This document shows, piece after piece, positions 36,882-50,898 of a stretch of 64,000 bases of DNA. The notes below the pieces were generated by a model that had not been told where the DNA came from, did no database searches, and saw only the letters and a program-made list of their open reading frames with translations. This DNA comes from Azolla caroliniana. Its lineage: Eukaryota; Plantae; Polypodiophyta. The stretch spans positions 12,958,001 to 13,022,000 of the forward strand of contig JBHGNT010000010.1 of assembly GCA_043228905.1 (NCBI GenBank), given 5' to 3'. Positions within the stretch are counted from its first letter, which is position 1. Every line of letters begins with the position of its first letter. The position numbers and the translations under genes are program-made.

Positions 36882-39489
36882 AGACATTTTCATGAAATAA
36901 TATTTTTGTCTTTATAGTTTTACATGTAAATTCTCATACATGAGACCTTAAATGAGTGACGTGGTTATCATGCACCACATGCAATACATGAGCGGCAAAT
37001 GGCAAACATGCATTTTATGCATGTCTTGTACCCTCAAATGCATGAGGGCATCTATAAAAGACGGGAGGTAAAAGATGAAAGACTAATGTAATTTTTTTGG
37101 AAGCTTTGTACTTGATATCAAAACTAAAATTAAAAGTAAGAAATTCGTTATCCAATTGATGATATATCTGGTCTCTCAAAATATCTCTCTCAATCTAAAA
37201 TCAAGTGTTCTATCTTATCTCAATCTCTCTCTTTCAATCTATCTTAAATCCTTTCTCACTAAAGCTAGCGCCAACTTCGAGTCCTTCCGGTCCAGAACCT
37301 CGGCGGTTCCGCCTCACGATCCGTGCGTAGTGACGGATCTTCATGACATAATTAAGTGGTGAACCCGACGTGAAAGAGGCGGCAGGAAGGATCAACCGAT
37401 ACCTGGAGATGGCATCCTCATGCAACAAGTAGGAGAGTTAGAAAGCATGATGATAATCGTTGAACAAATGATGAGATCTCGAGACCACGATGTGAGCGTG
37501 GAGAAGGCCGTCGACCGTGTCGTAGAGCTTGAGGGTCAATTTGATGGAAGGAATGTTACAAAGTTCCTTAACGCATACAAAAGGGAGATGAATCAAAGAG
37601 ACGTGTCTGAAGCACGACAAATCACGAGTTTCAAGAGGGTTGTTGCCAACAACATCCAAAGACGCATCATCGAGCTTCAAGAAACTAAGACAACATGGTC
37701 CGAGTTTGAGAAAGCGATATTAGTGGAGTTCGTGACTGAAGACTCAACGAGGATGACTCAACATGCCCTGATGAAGTGGATAGAGAAGAAGACTAAGAAG
37801 ATGAGTGCCTCGAGGGTGTACGACGAATTCGACCAGATGTTTAGTCGTCTCCCCAACATGGACCAAGTGCTGCTTGAAGAGGACAAGACTTTGTACTTCT
37901 TGAAAGTTGTGGACATGAAGGATAGACGAGAATTGGGGACTCTCCTTGAAGATGATACCCAAGCGAACGGCCTTGTGGCGGACTGGGTTGCGGTAAAGCG
38001 AGCATGCAATAGGCTCAACAAGCGTCGTTAGTGAGTTGATGACACTGACTTGGCGGGATCGAATGTTGCGGAGAAAACAAGACAGCCGAAAGTAGCTGAG
38101 CCGCCCAAACAAAGTAGCCCGGAAGAAAAGAAGATAATTGATGATGACATCATCGAAGAGCTAGCGAAGAAGTTCGAGAAGGTCACGCTAGCTAACATGA
38201 ATTGTCGGGGCCCCAAAGGAAAAGAACCCTTTAGATGCGTGTGGTGCGATAGCATGGACCACATGAGACAGGATTGTGCGAGCCTTCGAGAGGCGATCCG
38301 ACAAAATATCATATATATAGAGGACAACATTATCTGCTCGACTAAAACTTGCAGACCCCTACGGGTGAATTTCAGAAGAGGGGGAATGAAGAAATCTATG
38401 GAAGATGTTGAGGCGACTCATGTGGATGCGATGCACTATGCTGCAACGGCTGGAATAAGAGTCGGGAAAGACAAAAATGAAGCTGCGAAAGTGGGAGCAA
38501 AGTTTTGGTCTTCCGTTCTCGAGTATGAGAAGATGGGGAAGGTCACATCGAATGAGGTGGAGCTTGCGGACCGAAGCGTGCAAAGTATAACCGGGTGGTC
38601 AGATCCGGTAGATGACAAAACTATACTCGCGGAAGTGATATGCGACAACCACGAGGTGTTCGTCGAAGAAAAGAGGAAAAGAATAGAAGAGCAAAAGGCC
38701 CATCAAAAAGACATGAAACAAGGAACGCGAAAATGAAAGAAGATGCAGAGATGAGTCGACCCTTGCAAATGGAGGAACGAGACGCAAGCTGAAAAGCGGA
38801 GTCGAAGAAACTGTTCGTCCCGTGAAGATTGGTGTTGAAGACCCCGCTCAAAAGACAAGGACTATGCCTACCTATAAGCTAAGGTCGGACATAGAGCAAA
38901 CGACAGACCTAAAGAAGATTCTCGAGGAACACGTTCTTGACAGCCACGTGACTTTGTCCTTGAGGGAATTACTGGGCATTACGAAGAAGGAGTTCCATGA
39001 CACGATCGTGGACCTTGTTAAGAGAAAAAGACAACAATAGGACGAGGAAGAAGAGAAGCCGCAAAAAGCAAAAACGAATGCCATAATGATGGCAAGAGAC
39101 GAAGTCGATGAAGATATGGTGGACAACCACTATACTCGACCTCATTGGGCACGAGCAACAACGGAGATGCCGATGAAGATCGGGGAGAAGAAAGAGACCA
39201 TGGTAGCCTTGATCGACCACGGCTCGGAGATCAACCTCATGTCAACCGACTTCTACGAAAAAGGAAGATGGCCAATCAATACAAATCACGGATGGAAGAT
39301 TCGCGTGGCAACAAAGACTATGGAGGATTTGTACGGAGCTTGTCCCAATGTTAAAGTCACGATCGGGGATGTGGAGATGGATCAACACTTCTTTGTGCAA
39401 GAATCGGCATCGCATCCGGTCATCCTAGGACAACCGTATATCACATCATCTCGGATGGAGACCAAAGTGTTCGATAATGGAGCAGCGTT

Positions 39490-40092
39490 TGTTAGGATCT
39501 CGGTCCCTCCGAATGGGATAGGAAGGCCCGACATCGGAAGACCCGGTGAGAACCGGATGACGAGTACCCGACAAGGAAGACCCAGTGAGAACCGGATGTT
39601 GCAGGCCCGGTGAGAACCTCTCACCAGATGAAGGGACATATATGTAGATATATTTCTGAGAGCCCATTGGGGCTATATCTGTAAATAGTCCTAATGTCAT
39701 ATTAGTATAAATGTGACCTAAGGCAAACAGTGTGCATCAGGATTATAGTTGCTGTTGTTATCTTTGTATAGTGTTATTGGTGTAATCACTGTACTGAGAG
39801 AGAGAGAGAGAGAGAGCGATATAGAGCATGCCTCTGTTGTAACCGCCAACAGGAGAAGATTGTGAGCAAAAGGTTGCCTCTGTGCTCCCTGTTGTACTCT
39901 TTGACATAGTGATAGTTTGGAGTCTGTGGACTCCCGTGGTTTTTTCCCTCTCAGGGTTTTCCACGTTAACATCCTGTGTATTCTCTTTTTGTTTGTGTAC
40001 TTACCTCCATTCCCATTTCTTCTGTGTTTGATTTTCATCAAGTGATCTACGCTTTGGTTGTGGCCGGAGATTATTCCACGTATTTCTCGTCA
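39490..40092 (+). mobile_element. solo LTR (copia-like) inserted in the protease of D
   Basis: TG...CA termini and 5-bp TSD GCGTT/GCCTT (1 mismatch). The host frame GAA|FARIKS rejoins across it. Has a TATA box and a GGGTTTTCCACGT U5-type motif. Confidence 0.8.
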
Positions 40093-40415
40093 GCCTTCGC
40101 ACGAATAAAGAGTCTTGACAACCAAAGATGGGTCCAATTCCTACCGGTGTCAGCCAATCATGAAAGGAATCGAGATAGTCTTGGAGGCGAATCCTCGGAT
40201 TTTTAGAGTGGACTATTGAAGCATGGGGCACAGATAGTCCGAGCAATCACAACTCCCCACAAGAAAGTAGAGTGCGTGGATTGCGAGGAGAAGCAACATG
40301 TGTCACACCTAGTGGCGCATGTAAACTAGTACAAACCGACAAGAAGGACAAGCATCGAATACAAAACTTCGAGAAGATGTTGAAAGAATAAAACATAATA
40401 GAAGAAGAAGAGTTT

Positions 40416-42374
40416 GTGACTCATATTATGGAAGAAGCCTCATTTAACGACACCATCGGCGAAATCGAGGACGTCGTGGACTTGAGCTATCTTCACGATC
40501 ATCACGTGATTTCGGTTAGCTCCATCAACATGTACGTTATCATCGATGAATATCACGGAAGCATCTTGATGAAGGAAGCCGACGTCAACACAAAATATAA
40601 AACGGTGGATAAGAAGGTCAAGCTAGTTGCAGTTCCGCTACCGGAAGATAGCTGGCAAAAGATGAAGGAAGTCGCTAACGATCCAAGCTTAAGAGATCCG
40701 AAGACAATAGGTCATGTCTTCACCAAAGAGACGAAGGGAAAGCTACGAGTTGGAAGGGAGGATTTCCTACTCCCTGAAGAGGAGCGAAAGTTTCGCGACA
40801 TGCTTGAGAGACATGGGAAGGCTTTCGTATTTTTCCCACAAGAAATCGGATGTGCTAATCCAAGGGCGATAGAGCCGATGGTGATCTTCACGGTGCCGCA
40901 CGTACCTTGGAATTTGAAACCGATACCGGTTCCAAGAGCACACCTACCGAAGCTGATCGAGCTCTTAAATGAGAAGGTGAATATGGGAATTCTGGAACCG
41001 TCGAATGCTCCTTATTCCAATAGGTGGTTCACGGTGCCGAAGAAGAATGGATCATTGCGATTCATCCAAGGTCTTCAACCCATCAACAAGGAGAAAATTC
41101 GAAATGCTGGAATCAGTCCGAGCGTGGACGAATTAACTGAGGCGTTTGCGGGCCGGTCCATCTACTCCATTGGCGATCTCTACTCCGGATATGACCAATT
41201 CCAATTGGCGATCGACAGTCGTGACATTACAACCATGAGTATTCCGATCGGGCTTGTGCGGATGTGTAACTTACCTCAAGGCACAACGAACTCGGTGGCT
41301 CATATGGTGAATGCCATGAACAAAGTCTTGAAGGATTGTATCCCGGACATCACGATGCCATTCTTGGATGATATTCCGATAAATGGATGTTCGGATGAGG
41401 AGAAAGATGAATCGAAAGATAAGGAAGGGTGTAGAAAGTTCGTCGCGGATCATATGAAAGACTGCGAGAAGGTGTTTCAAAGACTCGAAGATGTGAATTT
41501 GACATTTTCGGGAGAAAAATCCGCATTCGGGCAACTAGAGATCTTGGTGGTAGGTCACTTGGGTGGAGCATACGGCCGGAAGCCTTCGCCATCCAAAGTG
41601 AACGCAATCCAAGACATGAAAGAAGAATGCGAAAACCAAATGGAGGTTCGAAGGTTCCTTGGAGCATGCGCATTTTATCATATATGGATTCCTCACTACG
41701 CTCATGTCACCGAACCGTTATATGGATTCCTCGGAATGATCTCTGGATGTGCGACCCCAGATATAGCTATGCTAAGGTGGATCACCTATATCAAGTCTTT
41801 AAACCTAGAGATCCGTCACATTGCAGGGAAGAAGAACGCCATGGCTGATATGCTGTCAAGGGCAAGATTTGAAAGTGAAAGTGACATGGTTTCGAAAGAT
41901 GAAGACGTCACCCTCGACTTCTTCAAGATGGCTCGATTATCGGCGGAAGACAAGGAGACACTAACCCTCCACGCCTTCAACGAGGACAAGTACGAAGGAG
42001 AGTGGTTACTGATCGGCAAATTTTTAAGAACAATGACGACGGATGCTTCGTTGACAAAGGAGGAGGCTCTACGAATCCGGAAGAAAGCTTATCGATACGT
42101 CTTGGATGGAGGCTTCCTTTGGCGACACCCAAAAAGAAGGACGGGAATACCACGCCGAGTGGTGGTGAAGAAAGAAGAGCAAGTGACGCTGATGACCAAA
42201 TTCCACGAGAGTGCTTGGGCAGGTCATAGAGGAACATGGGCGACGTTCGAAAAGTTGAAGGAAAAGTACTGGTGGCCAAGCATGTACAAAGATGAACTCC
42301 ATTTCGTGTCCACATGCGAAACTTGCCAAGTACATTCCAACATACATCATCGTGATGAGCTACGACCAACATAG
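40416..42374 (+). pseudogene. RT / partial RNase H / integrase N-terminus of element D
   Basis: MPFLDDIP RT motif, NAMADMLSR, and HHCC (H..WAGH...CETC). The RNase H N-terminal part is deleted. Confidence 0.85.
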
Positions 42375-45300
42375 TCGCTCCCCATACACTTCAAATGGAT
42401 GGTTGATCTGGACTCGATGCCAATGGGCGGGTTTACTTAGTGCTGGCAAGAGAAGACTTGACAAATCAAGTGGAAGGGCGGGCCTTGATAAATAAGATGA
42501 CGTCAGATGTTTGCAAATTTCTACTTGAAGAGGTTGTCAGCTAATACGGATGTGTGGGGAAGATAGTCACCGACCGAGGGGAGTTGGACGCACATGAAGC
42601 AATGGAGCTTTTTGAACTACTAGGCGTGAAGCTCTCCCTCACGACTGCCTACAGTCCAGAAGCGAATGAGAAGAACGAGCGAGGGCATGGACCCATCGTC
42701 AAAGCCATCGTACAAGCATGCAACGGTCGAGTCGAGAATTGGCCACGACTATTGCCCTATGCCTTGTGGGCCGACAGAACGACACACAGCTCGGTGACAG
42801 GGAATATGCCAACGGAGCTTATGTATGGACAAAAGCCGGTGATGCCCATCGAAAGGACGATCGCCTCATGGGTAGCGATACCATGGGAGAACGAGATTAG
42901 CCAAGAAGAATTATTAGCGACACGAATAAGGCAACTTGAAAGGAGACCTGAAGATCTAGAATATGCACGAAAAATGATGGAGGCAGCCCTAGTGAAGAAC
43001 CAAATTCGGTCCGACAAGATGCATCGACTACGTCCTAAGAGGATTGAAGAAGGAGATTGGGTATTGGTCTACGACAACATCCTTGACAATCAACACAGTA
43101 CAACAAGAAAGTTCGCAAGAAGATGGTTCGGACCGTATGTGGTGATAAGTGCCAATGACAATGCCACATACCACCTTGCGGAGCTAGATGGATCAAGGTT
43201 GGCCATACCCATTGCGGGAAAAAGGGTAAAGGTTTTCAAGAAAAGACAAGACAAGTTTCCAAACCTCGATCACCTTGACGATGAAGATAGTACTACGGAT
43301 GTGAATGAAGACGTGGAGGAATCTGATTGATCACCGTAGCCGAAATCTCACACTCTCTCTTCTTGGCACATACCAGAGGACGTTGCCGCGTTGTTACGCG
43401 CGTGCGTGGAGAACAAGGCGGGACCACTGGGGTCTTGGACCGAGGAATAGGTGAGAAGAGGGAGAGAGAGAGAGAGAGAGAGCAATTGAGAGAGAGCGAG
43501 AGAGAGAGAGACGCTCACACACGTATAGATAGAGAAGTGCACGGGGACGCGACCCAACAACACAGGAGACACGAGTTGAGAACACTAGCGTATGTATATA
43601 AATGTGTGCAGATGACTAGAACGGTTACAGCCGACCAGGTCGGCGAGGTGGATGCCGACACATGATCACCCACGCACACAGGAGAGCAAGATGGAGATCC
43701 TGCCGGAAGCACACGGGCGTTCCACGGAGCAGGATCAGCCTCCTGAGAACCTACGTCAAAGAAACCTATGGAGACCGACAGAGAAGAAGAGCTCCCCCAG
43801 TCTGACAGCACTTCGTTCCTTTTAGCGCGCGCCCCCGTTCTCTCCCACCGTCTCCCTCTCCTTTATAGCTCAAGGAGGGAGGCCGTTTCACCCGTTTACA
43901 TCACATTAATTCTCTGTCCTTTCGGAGAGAGATACTCCTCGATTTCCCTTATAGAATATTGCTACCTAGGATCTAACCTTTGTGCCTACCTATCTACCAT
44001 ACGACAAGGGACGTGCCCACGTGTAAGGGCTGGTTCACACACATTATACACGGTTTGCACCTGGGGACGGTTTTCTCCACGACATCCGGCCCCACCTAAC
44101 CGCGCATCCACCGGTATGCGCCAAAATTGGGTTCCTACGAGAGAAAACCGATCCTTGCTTTTATTCCTTGTTTACCGGTTCATCCTCCGCCTCGGGCTGC
44201 TCGTCGTCACTGTCCATGCCTCCTAGCCCCGGCTCCCCGTCGTGCCGTTTCTTGAACGCTTTGATCCTTTTCCCCGCGACCGGTATCGCCATTCTCGTAC
44301 CGTCGAGCTCCGCGAGATGGTACGTCCCATTGTCGTTGGCGCCTGTTACTACGTAAGGCCCTAACCACCTCCTCGCAAACTTCCGCATGGCCCTGTGCTG
44401 ATTGTCGAGACTGTTGTCGTAGACTAGCACCCAGTCGCCTTCCTCGATCTTCCTTGGCCAGAGCCGGTGTGTTCGGTCGAACCGGGCTTTGTTCCTTATC
44501 CTCGCTACTCGAAGTTTCTCCGCGGCTTGCTCTACGTCCTCTGGCCTCCGCTCGAGCTGTCGAATCCGCGCCGCCAACAGTTCCTCTCGGCTCATCTCAT
44601 CCCTCCAGTCCACCGTGGCCCACGAGGAGATCGTTCGCTCTGTTGGCATGATCGGCTTCTGTCCGAAAATCAGCTCGATCGGCATGAACCCGGTTACCGA
44701 ACTGTGCGTAGTCCTGTCCGCCCACGAGGCATAAGGTAGCAGCCGTGGCCAGTCCCCGACTCGGCCTCCGCACGCCCGTACTAGCGCTTTGACAATTGGC
44801 CCGTGTCTGCGCTCCACCTTCCTGTTCGCCTCCGGATTATATGCTGTGGTGAGCGAAAGTTTGACTCCTAGCCGGTCGAACAGCTCTTCGGCTTCTTCTG
44901 CGTCCAACTCGCCACCGTCAGCCACGATCTTCCCTACGCACCCGTATCGGCATACTACGTCCTCAATAAAAAACCAGCACACGGCTGCCGTCGTCTTGTT
45001 CTGCAGGGCTCGGCCTTCAACCTGGTTCGTTAGATCTTCCCGAGCCAGCACTAGATACCGCATCTGTCCTACCCCCATTGGCATCGTCACCAAATCCACC
45101 ATCCACTTGAAGTGGATGGTCAGAGGGTAGGTCGGGTGAAGCTCGTCCCGATGTCAGATCATGGAGTGCACCTGACAGCTTTCGCAAGTCGTCACGAACC
45201 GATGCATGTCCCGGTATAGTCCCGGCCACCAGTACTTCCCCTTTAGCTTTTCGAACGTGGCCCACGTTCCACGGTGCCCAGCCCACGGGCTATCGTCGTA

Positions 45301-48300
45301 CGCCGCCAGCAAATCGTCTTGTTCCTCCTTCTTCGCCACCACTCGGAGCGGGATGTCGTTCCTCTTCTTCGGGTGCTTCTAGATGTATCCGTCCCGGAGA
45401 AAGAATCGGTAGGCTTTCTTCCGAATCCGGTTGGCCTCGTCCGTTGTCCATGCCGCGTCCGATGTCATTGTTTTCAGGAACCCGCCGATCTGCAGCCACT
45501 CCCTGTCGTACTTGCTCTCGTCGAAGTCGTTAAGCGTTGGAGAGCATTCCTCGTTGGTTGTCACGTAAGCCGCCTCGAAGAAGTCCACGCCGACTTCCTC
45601 GTCCTCTGAAACCATGCCGCCGTCATTTTCGAACCTCGCCCTTAAAACCATGCCGCCGTCGTTTTCGAACCTCGCCCTTGAAAGCATGTCGGCCATGACG
45701 TTGTCTTTCCCGGAGATGTGTCGTATTTCCGAATTCAGGGACTTGATGTACGCTATCCACCTGAGCATTGCCATGTCCGGTGTCGCGCATCCGGAAACCA
45801 TGCCAAGAATTGGCAGGCAGTCCGTCTCAATAATTACCTCTGCCCCGATCACGTAGTCTTTGTCGGCCTTTACCGCCGAAACAATACCCCAGAGCTCGCG
45901 TTTAACCTAGGCGTATCCTCGATGAGGACCTTCGCGCCGAACCGGATCGGGGAACCCATGCCGTCCTCGTCCTCCTGGTTGACGACCCATCCGATCCCGG
46001 TCAGACTCGTGTCTACCGTTACGTAAATTGGAGTGTCCTTTCCGGAGACAGCCTTCCGGAGCGCCGGAGCCACGGCAAGTGCTTCCTTCATCTTCCGGAC
46101 AGACTCCGTATGCTCGTCTCTCCATTCGAATCTTTGCCCCTTTTTCAGCAACCTGTATAACGGCTCCGCGACGTGAGCGTAATGCGAGATCCATATGTGG
46201 TAGAACGCGCACGCTCCCAAGAACCTCCGAACCTCCGTGACCGAGCTGCAGTCGTTCTTCATCGCGGTGATGGCTTCCACCTTAGCCGGAGACGGTTTCC
46301 AGCCGTATGGCCCGCATAGGTGTCCGACGACCATGATCTCTGATTGCCCGAAGGCCGACTTTCCCTCGGAGAAGGTGAGCCTCGCTCCCTCCAACCTCTG
46401 CAGCACCTTCTCGCAGTCATCGATGTGCATCGCCACGAATTTCCGGCATCCGTCCGGTCCGATCGTCTCGTCCCTTTCCTCCACCAGGCATCCCTTGATC
46501 GGGACGTCGTCCAAAAACGGCATGGTGATGTCCGGGATACAATCCCTCAACACTTTGTTCATTGCGTTCACCATGTGAGCCACCGAGTTTGTCCCTCCTT
46601 GCGGCAGGGTACACATCCGTACTAGGCCGAGAGGAGTTCGCATTGTCGGGATGTCTCTGCTCTCTACGGCAAGCTTGAACTGATCGTACCCCGAGTAGAG
46701 ATCACCGACCGAGTAAATCGACCTTCCGGCGAAGGCCTCCGCGAACTCATCTATTGTCGGTCCGATTCCTGCGTTTCGAATGGTCACCTTGTTGACCGGC
46801 TGCAGGTCTTGAATAAAGCGTAGCGTGCCGTCCTTCCTCGGCACGGTAAACCACCGATTCGAGTATGGGGCACTCGAAGGTTCGAGGATTCCCATCTCGA
46901 CCTTCTGCTTTAACAGCTCCATCAGCTTCGGGATGTGAGCTCTGGGTACTGGAATCGGTTTGAGACTCCACGGCACATGCGGTACCGTGAATATCACCAT
47001 TGGTTCCACGACTGTCGGGTCTACGCACCCGATCTCCTCCGGTGAGAATGCAAAAGCCTTCCCATGCCTTCCGAGCATTCCCCGAAACCGGTCCTCCTCC
47101 GCCGGCAGTAGGAAGCCGCCCCCACGGACCTTGAGCTCCCGTAGCGTTATGTCGGTGAACGTGTGTCCTATGCGGGCCAAATTTCGTAAACTCGGGTCCG
47201 ACGCAACCCCCTTTTTTCGCAACTCGCTGCCCTCCGGCAAGGGAGCCGCGACTGGCCTCACCTTCCGGTCCACAGTCTTGTACCTCGTGTCGACTCGGGC
47301 CGTTCGAACCGACTCGAGCCCTCTTCCAAAGTCCGCGATGACTTCGTACATCTTTTCCGAACATACCGGAATCGTCCGGTCCTCTTTAAGGACTCCTCTG
47401 ACTACCTCTCGCAGCTTCCCCAAGGTATCGTCGAAAGAGACCGCCTCCATGGCTCCGTTGATTTCCTCTCCAAGGCCGAGGACGCCACATGCCCGAAGTC
47501 GCTCCTCCGCCCTCTTCTTGTTCCGCCCAACAACGTCAACTATCGTACACCCTCTGTTGTCGGAGAACCAAAATTTCCTACTTATAGTACAGGTCTTCTC
47601 CGCTATCGTACATTTGTGGGGTTTTCCTGGAGTGTCCAGACTATCGCGGCCCCACGCCTTAATAGCCCTCTCTAAAAATCCCCTTGTCTTTCGCCCCCGA
47701 GGGTCTCGCGGTTCCGCTCATGGTTCGGTCTCACCGTCAGGAACTGGACCGAGTGACGCCCATCCTGGCTCTTGACCCTTGCATAGGCCAAGCCGTTGTC
47801 CAGCACCTTGGTCTCCATCCGTGCTGCCGTGATGTACGGTTCTCCTAGTATAACCGGATGTGAGGACGTCTCCTGCACGAAGAAGTGTTGGTTAATCTCG
47901 ACATCGCCGATCTTTACTCGTACGTTCGGGCAGGCTCCATGCAGTTCTTCGGTGGCACGCGTCGCCGCCCATATTTTCCACCCGTTGTCGTGAAGAAAAC
48001 CGTCCAAAGGTGGAATTGGGGCACCAAGGCGTGGAACCGGCTCTTCACGCACGTGCGCGCCAAGTTGTACATAAAGGCGAATTAGGTACCTAGGGGGAGC
48101 GTCGAAGCGGTTAGATACGGTAGGTAGAAATTTAATGCGGAACGGCTCCTTCTGGACCTATAAAAGGAGGAGGACGAGGAAGAAGAAAGGATCGCGCGCA
48201 GAGAGGACGAAGTGCTGTCGGGCTGATTCTGGACGCTTCTCTCTCTGTTCTCCCTCCCCTTTGGTTCCATAGCTTTTCCTCTACAGGGTTTCGAGGAGGC

Positions 48301-48715
48301 TCGCGCTGTTTCGAGGAACGCCCGAGAGCTTCCTGCAGCACCTCCGACCTGCTCCCTTTTGTGCTTCGCAGCGAACAGGCACCGGCATCTGTTCGCCGGC
48401 CTGTTCGATTGTAACCGTCCCGTGCCCCATCGCGGGTTGTAGCCTCTTGATTAGATATTTGCTTATATATATATATATTTACATATTCATTTGATCGCGT
48501 CTACCTGTGTCGACGTCTATTTGTGTTCTCTGTGTTGAAGGGCCGTGTCCCTGTGTATCCCCGGTCCTGCGTAACCGGTCCTCTTCTCTTTCTCCACCCT
48601 CGCTTGCTCTTCGGTTCAAGACCCCCGCGGTCCCGTCTCGTTTCTATACGCACTTGCGAAATAATCCCGACATCTTGGTGAACCCGACGTGAAAGAGGCG
48701 GCAGAAGAGCAGGAA

Positions 48716-50842
48716 ATGAGGGGATCGGAACTTTCAGAGGCCATGGCTTCGGCCGTGGACCGGATAGTAAACGCACGCGAGGGCTCCGGCGCCCTCGACA
48801 GAGCCATTGAGGCGGTCGTCGGTACAATCGGCCGATTCAGCGGAAAGGATGCCACGAAGTACTTGGCGTCCTACGGTGCAGAGATGCTGATGCGGGACAT
48901 TCCGGAAGAAAGGCGTCTTGCCGAATTTCCCCGAGTGGCGATGCCGAGCATCCATGTGGAGGTGCTCGAGGTGCGAGTGGAGAGCCGTACCTGGGAGGAG
49001 TTCGAAGGTCGGCTCCTAGAGAAATACGGGCTGGACGACACGCTCCGGCTTTCGAAACGAAGCTTCATGGAATGGGTGGAGTCCCCCGGGAAGGGAAGAA
49101 ACGCGTCGGCACTCCTTTGGGAGTTTGAGGAAAACTTTGCGCGCCTTTCGACGCTTGACCAAACGATCCTGGATACAAGCCGGGTCCTACTGTTCGTCAA
49201 GTCGGTGGACGAGCGGGATCGGGATCACGTGGGCGCCCTGTTGGAAACTGAAGACGGGCTGACGACCGACTGGGCGGCGGTTAAGAGAGCCTGCGGCCGT
49301 TTCGACAAACGGCGAGAATGGGCGGATAACGGGGCGACCGGGTCGGGCTCGGTCGCAGCAAGGAAGCTTGAACCGGCGCAGCCGGTGCGAAAGGGAGAGA
49401 CCCGGGAGTGGCTGGAAACCGGTTCAGCTTCGACCGGCGTGATCAGAGGCTCGACCGGAGGAGCTGCGTTGGAGGAATTGACGAGGGCGATAAAGGACCT
49501 CCAAATTGCACAAGCCCGCAGGGACGGCGGCGAGCCGGCTCGCGACCGACGGCCGACAGCGGGAAACAGATGCATGTGGTGCGACGAGGTCGGCCACATT
49601 CGGAAGGACTGCGGCGATTTCGCAGATGCGCTGAAGAACCGGGTGGTGTACCTGTGGGAAGGCCGGGTGCACGCCAGCAACACCAGAAGGGCCCTAAACC
49701 GAAACGACGGGCGAGGAGGGATGAAGAGACTGATGGAAGAGGCGGCGGCCCGACATGCGGAAACCGTCCACTACTCGGCGTCAGCCGGCATTCGGGTCGG
49801 GGGCAGCGAGGCCCGAAAGGAAAGCCAAGCCGGATTCTGGCCGACGGTGCTGGAAGTCCTTGCCGGTGCGCGGCTGAAAAAGGAGGAATCGGACCGTGCG
49901 GAGAAACGGGTCCGGGAGATAACCGGGTGGAGCGACCCGGTCGAGGAGAGGACGGGCTTCGTGGAAGCCGCCTGCCAGAACTACGAGGCTCTGGTAGAAG
50001 AGAAGCGGGTGGGGAAAACCGGAATGACCGAGCCCTCACAACGATACGAGACCCAGTTCGGGCCACGACGGAGCGAAGCCGTCGGGTCCGGAACGCAAGA
50101 TAACCCCAAGAAGGGCGGGTAGATTCTGGGGACGGAGATAGAAAGAATTACGGACTTACGAAAGGTCCTGGAGGAACTGATCCTCGACAGCAAGGTGGAG
50201 CTGTCGTTACGAGAGGTGCTGGGAATCGCCAAGAAGGAGTTCCACGACTCCATCGTGGACTTGGTGAAACGGAAGAGGCTGTCAACGGAGACAAAACCGG
50301 AAAGACCGGTAGAAGTGCGGACGACGCACCTGGACGACATGGCGCTGGAAGACGAGTGGGCGGAGAGCCACTATTCGAGGCCACACTGGGCCCGAGCGAC
50401 CACGGAAACCCCGGTGAAGATCGGCAATGTCCAGGAACCGGCGGTAGCTTTGGTGGACCACGGATCGGAGATCAATCTAATGTCCATGGACTTCTACAAG
50501 AAGGGCAAATGGCCGATCAACACCAAGCACGGGTGGAAAATAAGGGCGGCAACACGCGCCACCGAGGAACTGCATGGGGCCTGTCCGAACGTGCGGGTCA
50601 AGATCGGCGACGTCGAGATAGACCAGCACTTCTTCGTGCAGGAGACGTCTTCGCATCCGGTCATATTGGGAGAGCCGTACATCACGGCGGCGCGAATGGA
50701 GACCAAGGTGCTGGACAACGGTTCGGCCTACGCGAGGGTCAAAAGCCAGGACGGGCGCCATTCGGTCCAGTTTTTGACGGTTCGGCCGAACCACGAGCGT
50801 AACCGCGACTCCCTCGGTGGTGAGAACCGAGAGGATTTTTAG
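48716..50842 (+). CDS. ORF1 of F: Gag (CCHC knuckle) + aspartic protease; in-frame TAG at 50120-50122
   Basis: CMWCDEVGHIRKDC knuckle, ALVDHGSEINLM protease motif and VILGEPY. ORFs 48689-50122 and 50195-50842 are in the same frame. E and D have Tyr at the stop position. Confidence 0.88.
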
Positions 50843-50898
50843 AGAGGGCTACCAAGGCGTGGGGCCGCGACAGTCCGGACACTCCGGGAAAACCCCAC
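50833..50898 (+). promoter_or_regulatory. -1 ribosomal frameshift signal (G_GAU_UUU + pseudoknot); homologues at 40197-40260 (+) and 47616-47681 (-)
   Basis: Heptamer sits just before the ORF1 stop, followed by a 6-nt spacer, stem 1 GGGCT/AGTCC and stem 2 GTGGGG/CCCCAC. Confidence 0.75.

Noticed and set aside
43461-43510. (GA)n and (TA)n tracts as independent features
   Set aside because: Ordinary microsatellites inside LTRs.
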